Source: Verrucomicrobiota bacterium (lineage in GTDB: Bacteria > Verrucomicrobiota > Verrucomicrobiia > Opitutales > Cerasicoccaceae). Taken from it: 64,000 nucleotides of DNA. This document shows positions 10,046-19,455 of the stretch, piece after piece (within the stretch, counting starts at the first letter, position 1; each line of letters begins with the position of its first letter). The stretch lies in NCBI GenBank assembly GCA_039818205.1, contig JBCBUK010000014.1, forward strand, positions 32,001 through 96,000. The letters run 5' to 3'. Under the pieces are notes generated by a model that searched no databases, was not told the DNA's origin, and saw only the letters and a program-made list of their open reading frames with translations. A program made the translations under genes and the position numbers.

Positions 10046-10653
10046 GTCACCAGCCCCGAATCGTTGTCGCCACCGGAAACGCCCACAAAACTGAGGAAAT
10101 CGCTGCGGCCCTCGCTCGCCAAGGATGCGCCGTGACTGTCGTCTCCGCACGCGAGCTCGGAGGAATGCCCGAGGTGGACGAAAACGGCAACACATTTGAG
10201 GCGAACGCTCGGCTTAAGGTCGAAGCTCTCCAAGCCAAAGCGGGCACCTCCGACTGGATACTTGCGGACGACAGCGGCCTAGAAGTCGAAGTTCTAGATG
10301 GCGCACCCGGCATCTACTCCGCCCGCTACGCGGGTCCCAATGCCACCGACGCCGATAACAACGCAAAGCTCCTGCGCGAGCTTGGATGCACCCCCAGCCC
10401 ATGCCGAAAGGCCCGCTTCGTGTGCACTCTGGTGCTCCTGGGCGGAGGGGTCGATGCAGTCTTCAACGGCGTGTGCGCGGGTCGTATGCTTGAGCAAGCC
10501 GCCGGCAACGCTGGATTTGGCTACGATCCATTATTCGTTCCCGACGATTACGAACAAACATTTGCCGAGCTGGGCTCGAGCGTAAAAGACGAGATCAGCC
10601 ACCGGGCTCGGGCCTGCCAGCAACTTGCTGGGTGGCTCAATGCCAGAAAGTAA
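10042..10653 (+). CDS. rdgB: Non-canonical purine NTP pyrophosphatase (RdgB/HAM1)
   Basis: ATGNAHK, ADDSGLEV, PGIYSARY, GFGYDPLF, SHRARA. Confidence 0.96.
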   Translation: MSHQPRIVVATGNAHKTEEIAAALARQGCAVTVVSARELGGMPEVDENGNTFEANARLKVEALQAKAGTSDWILADDSGLEVEVLDGAPGIYSARYAGPNATDADNNAKLLRELGCTPSPCRKARFVCTLVLLGGGVDAVFNGVCAGRMLEQAAGNAGFGYDPLFVPDDYEQTFAELGSSVKDEISHRARACQQLAGWLNARK

Positions 10654-10687
10654 ATTCGCTAAAAGCAGCCCAGGAAAACTCGCCTGG

Positions 10688-11248
10688 CTACGCGTCCTTC
10701 GACTTTCGGCGACGCGCTTTACGGAGGCCAACGCCAGCTGCCAACGTTGCCAGTCCAGCGAGAGCAATCGTTGTTGAGGTTTCTGGAACTGTACCCACGG
10801 CACCACCGCCGGAGATAATCGACTGACCCGGAGTATCGTTCCAGGCACCGGCCACATTTGTGATTGGGCCACCGAGGCCACCGAACTGAAGTTGAATCCA
10901 ACCCACCTGATTCGCCGCGGTTATAAAACCAAAATTCGCGGTAAAGCTAGCCCCAGAACTGAAGGAAAAAGCGGTTCCAAAAGCGGCTCCGGTCGAAACG
11001 GTCGCCCCGGGAGCAAAGGAGGCAAAACCCGTAATACCAGCTGCGGTACCAAAACCCTTCACCCCATTATTGATTTCGAAGACTAAGCCTATTGGCGCGC
11101 CGAGTGTGTCAGAAACCGAGATAAAATTACTCGACCCGGTCGCTACAGAGGTGGGGGAGAAACTGAGACTAACTATAGCGGCGGAAGCGGGCGAACCCGC
11201 GATAGCCGCGCTCGCAAGCGCGGCACCGAATTTCACATTGGTATTCAT
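10688..11248 (-). CDS. Small exported protein with PEP-CTERM-like (VPET) C-terminal sorting signal, copy 1
   Basis: Signal peptide from ATG 11248; Gly/Ser/Thr-rich body; VPETSTTIALAGLATLAAGVGL + RKARRRK. Confidence 0.85.
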   Translation of the reverse strand: MNTNVKFGAALASAAIAGSPASAAIVSLSFSPTSVATGSSNFISVSDTLGAPIGLVFEINNGVKGFGTAAGITGFASFAPGATVSTGAAFGTAFSFSSGASFTANFGFITAANQVGWIQLQFGGLGGPITNVAGAWNDTPGQSIISGGGAVGTVPETSTTIALAGLATLAAGVGLRKARRRKSKDA

Positions 11249-11519
11249 AGCAGTTTGGTAGATGAGTGTCCTTAAAAGTAGGTGGCAAATCGGTGATTGC
11301 AAATCGATACCAATCAGCATTCGGAGATGCTTGGAAGTCGATATCAGCTAGCCGATACTGACTTCATCTTGCGGCGACGCGCCTTGCGAATCCCAACGCC
11401 AGCAGCCAACGTTGCCAGACCAGCGAGAGCAATCGTTGTTGAGGTTTCTGGAACTGCTCCCACGGCACCACCACCGGAGATGATTGCGCCGCCAGGCGTA
11501 TTGTTCCAGGCACCGGCCA
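10707..11519. repeat. 148-bp imperfect direct repeat (10707-10854 and 11372-11519) encoding the shared C-terminal sorting cassette
   Basis: Includes a 37-bp identical core ccagcgagagcaatcgttgttgaggtttctggaactg. Confidence 0.85.
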
Positions 11520-11934
11520 GGTAAGTAACGGGACCACCAGCACCACCAAAATTAACCCGGATCCAACCCACATTATTCGTTGCGGTGAGGAAGGCAAATG
11601 TACCGGTATCACCAACCGTAGCCCCGATTGAAATCAGAGAAAAGAATGTTGCTCCCGTCGTAATTGGCTGGCCTACGGTGATATACGCAAATCCTGAAAT
11701 TGGCGGCAGGTCGGCTGAGAGGGTCTTTCCATCAGAATTATTGAACTGCTGAAACTGCGCTACCGGAGCAGCCAATGTGTCCGTTATTGAGACCGTTTGA
11801 GTCGGACCGTATGTAACGGGATTCGGCGTGAAATTCAAGCCGACAATGGCGCCAGAAGCCTGGGGAGCCGCAAGAGCGACGCCCGCTAGCGCAGCACTAA
11901 ATTTGGCAGCCGAATCAAGAGCTTTTGTGTCCAT
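11344..11934 (-). CDS. Small exported protein with PEP-CTERM-like (VPET) C-terminal sorting signal, copy 2
   Basis: Paralog of the neighbour: AIVGLNFTP...VGWIRVNFGG...AGAWNNTPG...VPETSTTIALAGLATLAAGVGIRKARRRK. Confidence 0.85.
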   Translation of the reverse strand: MDTKALDSAAKFSAALAGVALAAPQASGAIVGLNFTPNPVTYGPTQTVSITDTLAAPVAQFQQFNNSDGKTLSADLPPISGFAYITVGQPITTGATFFSLISIGATVGDTGTFAFLTATNNVGWIRVNFGGAGGPVTYLAGAWNNTPGGAIISGGGAVGAVPETSTTIALAGLATLAAGVGIRKARRRKMKSVSAS

Positions 11935-12137
11935 GTGCAGAAATGTAGTCGTTTAGAGGAGCGGTGTTTCCTCCAGAACTGACCACAAAAAAACGCTGAG
12001 TCAAGGCAAGCAATCAAACACCATCAAAATTAATTAAATATTAATGATACTGTCCGAGGTGGTAGCGTTGCGGGCGTGCAAACGGGCAACGAGCCGAGAA
12101 AACGCGTCCTCAGATGCGACTGAGGGGCCAATCGCAA

Positions 12138-12980
12138 CTACGGCTGATCGTTAATCAGATTCTTGGGCATGTCGGTGATCAGGTTGTCCGACATATCTTG
12201 AATCGGATCCGCCGGCATGTCCTGAATTGGATCCGCTGGCATGTCCTGAATCGGGTTTGGGCTCATGTCTGAGACCAAATTAGTGGGCATATTCGGCAGC
12301 AGATTGGCGTAACCGGTTCCCACGGCATCCTCTGCCTTCTGATTGGTAACGGTGATCTTAACCGAGGCTGGATCGTTATTGAAGACATAGAGGTCAGGAG
12401 AGACACTTGCACCGTCGCGCGAGTGGATCTGACGGCGCATCCCTTCCTGCTCAAAGCGGATAATCAAGTAGCGATTGGGCATGTTGCGCTCAAACAATGA
12501 CGAGGCATCAATTACTTTGATACCGGGCTCCGAGTGGAGGTCGAGCACACGGTTTGCCTGGTGAATCGGCGAGCGTTCGAATTGTGCGGTAAGGCTACGC
12601 TTGGAATCGAGTTCTCCAGTGGTTCCGATATATTCTACACGAAGCGGGCGCGGCTCGCCCTTTACGCCCTCAAGAGCGAAGCTGAGCAGAAGCTTTTTTC
12701 CCTCGGCAGCCTTAATCGCCTGACCGAGCCCATTGGATTGAAGGTCAAAAATCGCGATTCCCTTGCAGGTCAGCGTGCTCCGCTGCACCCAGTTGATCCC
12801 GGTGGATGTGAGGACATCTCCAGCCTCGAAATGGGCGTGGTCAACCGCTCCGAAGCGGTTGTTGGTCCCGAGTTTACCAGTCATTGAGTAGACATGATAG
12901 GCCGGGAAAACTGACTCCGCTGATAGCGAGAGTGAAGTGACAGCAAAAAGCAGAGAAATTGCAGCTAGGCGTAAGGTCAT
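12138..12980 (-). CDS. Secreted hypothetical protein with C-terminal 8-aa tandem repeats
   Basis: Signal peptide from ATG 12980 (MTLRLAAISLLFAVTSLSLSA); tail of ~7 [N/D][L/P]IxDMP repeats. Confidence 0.8.
   Translation of the reverse strand: MTLRLAAISLLFAVTSLSLSAESVFPAYHVYSMTGKLGTNNRFGAVDHAHFEAGDVLTSTGINWVQRSTLTCKGIAIFDLQSNGLGQAIKAAEGKKLLLSFALEGVKGEPRPLRVEYIGTTGELDSKRSLTAQFERSPIHQANRVLDLHSEPGIKVIDASSLFERNMPNRYLIIRFEQEGMRRQIHSRDGASVSPDLYVFNNDPASVKITVTNQKAEDAVGTGYANLLPNMPTNLVSDMSPNPIQDMPADPIQDMPADPIQDMSDNLITDMPKNLINDQP
12141..12305 (-). repeat. 24-bp coding tandem repeat, ~7 units
   Basis: NLLPNMPT NLVSDMSP NPIQDMPA DPIQDMPA DPIQDMSD NLITDMPK NLINDQP. Confidence 0.85.
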
Positions 12981-13158
12981 GGTGGGCTGGTTGTTAGGGT
13001 CGAGATTTAATATCACCTTGGGGCCTAGATTGTCGCTAGGCAACCTGAAAAGAGGGATATTGAATCCAGCCGGGGCGTTGATTTATGCTTTACTGTAGTG
13101 TAGGTATTCTCCAATTTTGTGCTTTAACCAGTCTTGTACACAGTTTAGATTTACTAGA

Positions 13159-13461
13159 ATGCAGTCGTCCGACCAAGCAACCCCCGGTTCCGAGCTCAGC
13201 CGGGAATTTACGGTTCAAAATAAAATGGGCATCCACGCACGCCCCGCCGCGATGATTGTGCGTGTCGCAAATAAATTCAACGACGTCGATGTTTGGGTGG
13301 ATAAGGATGACGAGCAGGTCAATGGCCGGAGCATTATGGGTTTGATGATGCTCGCCGCTGGCCAGGGTGCTAAATTGCGCTTCATCGCCACTGGCCCAGA
13401 TGCAGAGTCGCTCCTCGCCGAGCTTGAGGACCTGTTCTCCCGTAAGTTCGAAGAGGCCTAG
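13159..13461 (+). CDS. ptsH: HPr family phosphocarrier protein
   Basis: GIHARPAA (His15 motif) and NGRSIMGLMML (Ser46 motif). Confidence 0.95.
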   Translation: MQSSDQATPGSELSREFTVQNKMGIHARPAAMIVRVANKFNDVDVWVDKDDEQVNGRSIMGLMMLAAGQGAKLRFIATGPDAESLLAELEDLFSRKFEEA

Positions 13462-13479
13462 CGCAATTGGCTAGCAGTT

Positions 13480-14001
13480 TTAAGCAAGCTCCACCCCTAG
13501 GATGGAGGATGCTTTAGTTTTGTCCCCGCCACAGAGATCAACCACGTATCCAACGTAATTCTCCTCGGACAGCTGCAAGTGCTCAGCCAATGTGGGCAGG
13601 TTATTGAGCTCCTTCTCCTTAAGGTTTCCCTTTCGGCTTAAGGCCATTTCGTAGGCATTGTCGACCGCGATCATCAGCGAATCGACTTGGATTGGCTTCT
13701 CAATCACCAAATAGACGCCCGCATCAAGCGCCTCCCGGCTCAAATCTTCGTTGCTAAAGCCCGACATGAGGATGATCACCACATTGGGATCGGTTTCCAA
13801 CAGCCGCTGGCTCAGCTCGATTCCGTTCATCGGCTCCATCGCGTAGTCAATAAGGACAACGTCGAAACGCGTCTGATGATAGCGCAAGAGCGCCTCTTCG
13901 CCGGAGGATGCTCCGGCACAGAGGTAACCCGATGCGCTAATCAAGCTAGTCAGCATCTCATGGATGGCTGGCAGGTCATCAACTATCAATAAACTGGGCA
14001 T
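13480..14001 (-). CDS. Response regulator (REC domain + short Fis-like HTH)
   Basis: LLIVDD, D-YAMEPMNG, KP; C-terminal GGDKTKASSILGV resembles Fis/HTH_8. Confidence 0.85.
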   Translation of the reverse strand: MPSLLIVDDLPAIHEMLTSLISASGYLCAGASSGEEALLRYHQTRFDVVLIDYAMEPMNGIELSQRLLETDPNVVIILMSGFSNEDLSREALDAGVYLVIEKPIQVDSLMIAVDNAYEMALSRKGNLKEKELNNLPTLAEHLQLSEENYVGYVVDLCGGDKTKASSILGVELA

Positions 14002-14031
14002 GAGCGAAAGTAAGCTTATTCGGTAGCGTCC

Positions 14032-15192
14032 TTAGCCACCAACCACGCTGGAAAGTTGGAAGATCGGCAGGAACATCGCCATAACAATACCACCGATGAT
14101 CACACCGAGCACACAAATCAGGATCGGCTCCATCAGCGAGGTCAGCGACTCCACGATATTATTAACCTCAACATCGTAAAAATCCGCGATCTTATTCATC
14201 ATGCCGTCGACGTTACCCGTTTGCTCACCGGCTTTAGCCATGTGCTTAACCATCGATGGGAAGTAAGGCGTATCGGCGATAATTTCCGATAGCTGGCCAC
14301 CTTGACTAATGTGGCGGCTAAAATTGACGCAGGCATTTTCAACAAAGGTATTGTTGGATGCACTTGAACAGATTTCCAGCGTGCGAAGAATCGGAACACC
14401 ACTGCGCAGGAGAATTGCGTAGGTGCGGCAGAAACGGGAGATATTAACCTTTTGGGAAAGATTCCCAATGATCGGCATTTTGCTGAAGAAAACATCCTTT
14501 GCACGACGCCCACGCGGGGTGGCAGTCACTCGCTTCAAGGTCCAGACGAACGCTACGGCCCCCAGAATAATCCAGTGGATGTTGTATTTCAAAAAGTTCG
14601 AAATATCGATCAACATCTGGGTCGGCTTGGGCAGCTCTGCTCCAAAGTCGGCAAACATTTCCGAGAAGACCGGAATCACAAAGATCAGCAGGACGTTCAC
14701 CAGGATGACAGCCAAACCGATGACCGCAATCGGGTAGGTCATGGCACTCTTCACCTTTTTGATCAGCGCCAACGACTCTTCGAAGTAAAGGGCAACCTTG
14801 CCCATAATGTCAGCCAAGGCACCCGAAGCTTCACCAGCCTCTACCATGGAAACGAACAAATTCGGAAATGCCTTCGGAAACTTGCGCACCGCATCGGAGA
14901 ATGAAGTACCACCTGCAATATCGTTTCGGACATCACGGATAATGATCTGAAAAACGGGATTCTCCGTTTGGTCCTGCAAGGCCTCAAGCGCACTCACCAA
15001 GGGGAGGCCGGCCTCAAGCATCGAGGAAATCTGCTGGGTAAAAACCGTAATTTCATCCAGCTTGATTTTTTTGCGGTGAGCCTGCTTTTCGTAGGCCTTG
15101 AGCTTCGCCAGCCGTTGCGATTCCGCAAACGACATTTTCTTTTTCGAGCCGGCAGCCGTGGAACTGGCCGCACTTTGACTTAACATCGCCAT
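14032..15192 (-). CDS. pilC: Type IV pilus / type II secretion inner-membrane platform protein (PilC/GspF)
   Basis: FTQQISSMLEAGLPLV, AGEASG, KVKSAMTYP, GEQTG, EPILI...AMFLPIF. Confidence 0.93.
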   Translation of the reverse strand: MAMLSQSAASSTAAGSKKKMSFAESQRLAKLKAYEKQAHRKKIKLDEITVFTQQISSMLEAGLPLVSALEALQDQTENPVFQIIIRDVRNDIAGGTSFSDAVRKFPKAFPNLFVSMVEAGEASGALADIMGKVALYFEESLALIKKVKSAMTYPIAVIGLAVILVNVLLIFVIPVFSEMFADFGAELPKPTQMLIDISNFLKYNIHWIILGAVAFVWTLKRVTATPRGRRAKDVFFSKMPIIGNLSQKVNISRFCRTYAILLRSGVPILRTLEICSSASNNTFVENACVNFSRHISQGGQLSEIIADTPYFPSMVKHMAKAGEQTGNVDGMMNKIADFYDVEVNNIVESLTSLMEPILICVLGVIIGGIVMAMFLPIFQLSSVVGG

Positions 15193-15309
15193 AATATGTG
15201 CAGGATCAAAAATTCAAGTGGTACAATAGAATCGGGCAAATGACTAAAAGCCATTTCAGAAAATAGCTTGACCTAAAACGCCAAGGAGGTCAAGCCTTCC
15301 AGTTTACAA

Positions 15310-15384
15310 GCGGGCGTAGTACAACGGCTAGTATACGAGTCTTCCAAACTTGGGATGAGGGTTCGATTCCCTCCGCCCGCACCA
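15310..15384 (+). tRNA. tRNA-Gly (anticodon TCC)
   Basis: GCGGGCG/CGCCCGC acceptor stem, anticodon arm CGAGT-CTTCCAA-ACTTG, GGTTCGATT T-loop, encoded CCA. Confidence 0.97.
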
Positions 15385-15783
15385 AGTAAGCATTGATATC
15401 GCCAAATCCCCCAAAGATTAAGGCGTTAACAATCAAAACCTTACGAAAGCTATCATTGCCCTGCTAGCGATTGTTTCCCTCTCGAAGTGACGGGTGAACG
15501 TCGGTCTGACCGACCCACGCATTAACATCTTGCTTACATATTTCTGCAATCGGCGGTAGCAACACATACAGCAGCTCAGATCAGCAATTTGCCAATCCCA
15601 AGCCCCAGGGATCATTCGAACAGGGCCACTCCACTACGACAACCCTTGAGCGAAGCCACAAAAGCTTCTGCCCGGAATGCCAGGGTAATCATACAAACGC
15701 AGATTGAACACCGGGGACCAACCACTCTGCCCCACACAATTCTCCCTTGAGATGACTCGATTGGGAGATTACCGTTGGTCATC

Positions 15784-16152
15784 ATGGCTACCCATTACAA
15801 GATGATCGATGATAACGGCACCTCGTCGATTGAGACGCTTGATGCCCCCGTTTTTACCCCTACCGACCATGAAGGCTGGTTTGGCCAAGCCTTTGAAGCC
15901 TCAGGCCTTTTCTGCTTCATTCTCAAAGTCGAATCCGAGGCAGCGGAATTTCCGCTCCACGCGGCGCCCGAGGCCTGGATCGGTTATGTAGTTGCGGGAA
16001 ACGGCACGCTCTACTCCGGCGATGGCGCTGGCGACAAGCTTAAGGAGGTCTCCTATAACACGGGCGACTTCTTTACCTTCGAGCCCAAGACCCAGCACGC
16101 TTGGAAAAATGGCGTAGGCGAATCCAAGATATTTTTTGCTAAAGTTGCTTAG
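15784..16152 (+). CDS. Cupin domain protein
   Basis: PLHAAPEAWIGYVVAGNG...GDFFTFEPKTQHAWKN cupin motifs. Confidence 0.8.
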   Translation: MATHYKMIDDNGTSSIETLDAPVFTPTDHEGWFGQAFEASGLFCFILKVESEAAEFPLHAAPEAWIGYVVAGNGTLYSGDGAGDKLKEVSYNTGDFFTFEPKTQHAWKNGVGESKIFFAKVA

Positions 16153-16328
16153 AATAAATGACCGGACGAACGCTCGAGTGTGATTGGCGAATTAATTCGC
16201 CTAATAACCATTCCAAGGTAAGTTTCTGACTGCGAGTCAGCGTTGCTGAATCCAAGATTTTATTATTTCTAAGCATGAGCCGAGACGGCTCGCTGAAACC
16301 ATTCATTAACCATCACCTTATTGATATC

Positions 16329-16712
16329 ATGAAAGTCACCGAAGCCGCCTTTGTCGGTTACCCTGTTACTGACATCAAACGCGCCCGCGAGTTCTACGAG
16401 GGAGTCCTTGGACTTACCACCGGAGAGTTCGATCAAGAAATCGAGAGCATGCCCGGCAAGTATTGGATCGAATACGAACTCAGCAATGTAACCCTAGCCA
16501 TTTCTAACACGTGGGAACCGGGCAGCGAAGGGGGACCATCGGTCGCACTTGAGGTCGAAGACCTGAGCGCCGCCATGACCAAGCTCAAGGAAGCCGGAGC
16601 CAACATCATCGTTGAGCACATGGAATCTCCGGTCTGCGAATTTGCCCTGATCACTGATCCAGATGGCAATGGAATCACCATCCACAAGCGCAAGGAAGGC
16701 TGCCAACACTAA
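16329..16712 (+). CDS. VOC (glyoxalase/bleomycin resistance) family protein
   Basis: YPVTDIKRAREFYEGVLGL...VALEVEDL...DPDGNGITIH. Confidence 0.9.
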   Translation: MKVTEAAFVGYPVTDIKRAREFYEGVLGLTTGEFDQEIESMPGKYWIEYELSNVTLAISNTWEPGSEGGPSVALEVEDLSAAMTKLKEAGANIIVEHMESPVCEFALITDPDGNGITIHKRKEGCQH

Positions 16713-16738
16713 CGCCTCCAAATCAACTGCTACCAGCT

Positions 16739-17296
16739 ATGAAAACAACTCAAACCATTGCTTTCTGTGCCGCCATCGGACTGTTGTCCAGTGGCGGATT
16801 CACAGAAACTAAAGCCCAAACCGAAGATTCTAACTACATCCTCGTCGATGAAGATTCACTTGTCGATCTGGGTGTTGCTGAGGCCAAGGAAACGATCGCC
16901 GATTTCGACCATGCATTCAAAAACCGAGACGACTCAATGACTGAGTTCGCCGTCAAAAAACCGTTCCCCTATGGAGATGGTAGCCACGAACACATGTGGG
17001 TCGCAGTAACCGAAGTTACCCCGGAAGGATATCAAGGCTACCTAAACAACACGCCATACGATGCGACCTATGTTGAGATTGGCCAGGAGATGTTTGTTAA
17101 GCGCGACGAGATTTCTGATTGGATGTACAACAAAGACGATAAGTTGATCGGCGGCTATACCATCGCGGCGATCGTCTTCGAAAGCCCACCCGAGCAGCGG
17201 GCGGCCTACTCCAAACAAATGGGCATCGACTGGAAACGCTACAAATTCCTCAGCAAACCCATCAAAGAAGAGATGGAAGCCAGGAAGAAAAAGTGA
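16739..17296 (+). CDS. Exported DUF2314 (YegJ-like) protein
   Basis: Signal peptide; FAVKKPF...EHMWV...GYLNNTP...ISDWMY...GGYTI pattern. Confidence 0.8.
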   Translation: MKTTQTIAFCAAIGLLSSGGFTETKAQTEDSNYILVDEDSLVDLGVAEAKETIADFDHAFKNRDDSMTEFAVKKPFPYGDGSHEHMWVAVTEVTPEGYQGYLNNTPYDATYVEIGQEMFVKRDEISDWMYNKDDKLIGGYTIAAIVFESPPEQRAAYSKQMGIDWKRYKFLSKPIKEEMEARKKK

Positions 17297-17309
17297 CACC
17301 TTGAATCGA

Positions 17310-17345
17310 CAAAAAAATCCTCCGACCACATCGGAGGATTTTTTG
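17310..17345. terminator. Bidirectional rho-independent terminator
   Basis: CAAAAAAATCCTCCGA-CCACA-TCGGAGGATTTTTTG between convergent genes. Confidence 0.85.
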
Positions 17346-17368
17346 TAAAGCGCTCATCGAGAAGTGCC

Positions 17369-19210
17369 CTAATCGGGCGTTTCGGTAAGCAGAACCACAG
17401 AGCTCACGCGACCACCATCGTCCGGAAATACGAGCTTCACGGTGGTCGTCGGCTTGAGGAGATTCGCCGCAAATGGAATCGGGATCGCGCCAAAGAAATC
17501 CTTGCGATTGCCCTGATCATAACCTGCCCAGTTTTTCGGCATTTCAACCTCGGTGCCATTCACATAAACCTTGGGCTCCTTGGACATCTTCGGCTTCCGG
17601 CCGATACTCATCCGCAAGCTTGCAAGTGAGGCGTTGGCAGGAACCTCTTCGAATGTAAACTCAATCGGCTCATTCGCCTTGATCGGCACAAGGTGAGTCT
17701 TCGAGTAGCTGGTCTCAGCGCGAATACCCCGCTTCATCTGAATGGGTTCCGCAAATTCGTAAACAATAACGATCGTCTCGTAGGGCTGAATCGTCACCTC
17801 TCCCAACTCAGCACTCAACAGCTCATCCGAATATTTGGCTGCTTCACGAGGAGGAACGTTCAAGCGACGAATCGAGCCCGACTTCAAATCGCCCTGCCCT
17901 GAGAGCGACTTCAACGAGACAGTTTGTGGAAAATCATCATAATTATTCAGGCAGACAAACGCACGATTGCCATCTACGAAAGTCTGGATCGCGATGTCCG
18001 GGTTGTCAGAAACTGATGCCGTCCGGACACCGCCCACATCCTTCCACAGGTCATAGAACGCAATTTTCTCGGTCGGCAGGTAACGAGTGATCTGACCATC
18101 CACGACAGAATCGGGATCCGGGCGCCAGAGGTCGGCAAGGTATGGCTCCAAGCGGCCCACTTCTTCATAGTACCAAGGCGACTTACTGGTAATAAAGGGA
18201 ACCGAGGTCATGATGCGGTCCTGACGCTCAAGCAACTGGAACAAGATATGGTTGTAGGCGCGGTGCTCCTGAGAGCTCTTCTCGGGCGTGTAGCCCTCGG
18301 GATACCCCTTCGGAATGTCGCCATATTCGGTGATAGCGAGCGGCTTAACCTTGCCCCACTTAATGAAGCTATAGGTTTCAACCAAATCCATAATCGCATC
18401 GGCATTGGACCCCGAGCGGCGATTGTCCTGCCCCGTCACGTTGGTGCCATCGTACAAGTGAATCGAGATACCGTCCATGTAGTCGCCCGCGACATCCATG
18501 AACATTTTCATATTCGTATCCCAGTGCCAGAAGTCATTGAGCTCCATTGATGGCCAGGCACTGGCATAGCCAATGACTTGAACATCGAGGCCGGATTTGT
18601 CGAAGGCGATACCGATATCGCGGTAAAGTTCGGCCATGCGACGTTTAACCGCGTTGTTGTCCTTGCCATAGTCCTTCGCGTGCACGAACGGCTCGTTCAT
18701 CGGCTCATAAAAAAGTGGTCGATCCTCGTCCGTGTAAAAGTGCTTAAAGAAGGCAACGGTCCAATCGGCAGCTGCCTCGGTATCCATATCCATATGAAAG
18801 GTATCGTACGGATGATCGGTCACCACGAGACGTCGATCCCGATAGGGATAGGTCAGCGAGGTGGTGTAAAGATCCGTAATGGCGCGGGACATTGCTGCGG
18901 CTTGGGTTTCCGATGGAAACGGCGCGTCCAACGATTTCTTTCCTGGATAATACCAAAACGGGCCATTGAATCCGCGACCAAAGCCGACATCGAGTTGCCG
19001 GAGCAACTCGTGATCCTCGCGATCAATCGGGTTGTAGGCTGCATTGGTATGGATGTTGAAATACTTATCTCGTTGGAGCTCGGACTCTCCAGCAATCGAG
19101 CGCTGTGTGCTCAGGTCGTAGGTGACCGATGGATTGCTGGCGTCTTTGCCACAAAGGGGCAATGCGGACAACGCGGCAAGGGAGGTGATCGACAATGTCT
19201 TCGAATTCAT
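17369..19210 (-). CDS. Secreted GH86-like beta-agarase/beta-porphyranase
   Basis: Signal peptide; clan GH-A catalytic motifs YEPMNEP and ITEYG; SIHLYD, RSGSN, VPFI; C-terminal beta-sandwich ending SSVVL. Confidence 0.8.
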   Translation of the reverse strand: MNSKTLSITSLAALSALPLCGKDASNPSVTYDLSTQRSIAGESELQRDKYFNIHTNAAYNPIDREDHELLRQLDVGFGRGFNGPFWYYPGKKSLDAPFPSETQAAAMSRAITDLYTTSLTYPYRDRRLVVTDHPYDTFHMDMDTEAAADWTVAFFKHFYTDEDRPLFYEPMNEPFVHAKDYGKDNNAVKRRMAELYRDIGIAFDKSGLDVQVIGYASAWPSMELNDFWHWDTNMKMFMDVAGDYMDGISIHLYDGTNVTGQDNRRSGSNADAIMDLVETYSFIKWGKVKPLAITEYGDIPKGYPEGYTPEKSSQEHRAYNHILFQLLERQDRIMTSVPFITSKSPWYYEEVGRLEPYLADLWRPDPDSVVDGQITRYLPTEKIAFYDLWKDVGGVRTASVSDNPDIAIQTFVDGNRAFVCLNNYDDFPQTVSLKSLSGQGDLKSGSIRRLNVPPREAAKYSDELLSAELGEVTIQPYETIVIVYEFAEPIQMKRGIRAETSYSKTHLVPIKANEPIEFTFEEVPANASLASLRMSIGRKPKMSKEPKVYVNGTEVEMPKNWAGYDQGNRKDFFGAIPIPFAANLLKPTTTVKLVFPDDGGRVSSVVLLTETPD

Positions 19211-19455
19211 GGATTCGGGATATTCTTGACTAAGGTTGGATTACACGTGAATAGTCACGGATAGAATTTATATATCGGGATTTTCCTGGATCAAACTGTT
19301 GAATAAGGATTGAAGCACAATCTTAATTCGTACACCCCTACTTAACACGTTAACAATTCTCAAACTATCGATAGATATATGTGCACGTTTTGGTATTACG
19401 ATATAATGCCGCGATTAAGTAAACTTTTTTAGAAACCGCAAACATCACCCTAAAT

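Noticed and set aside
12141..12305. Short tandem repeats as a possible CRISPR array
   Set aside because: Contiguous in-frame 24-bp coding units without spacers; no cas genes
15385..15783. Integrase, att site or prophage next to tRNA-Gly
   Set aside because: No recombinase, transposase or phage gene, and no tRNA 3' duplication visible in the window
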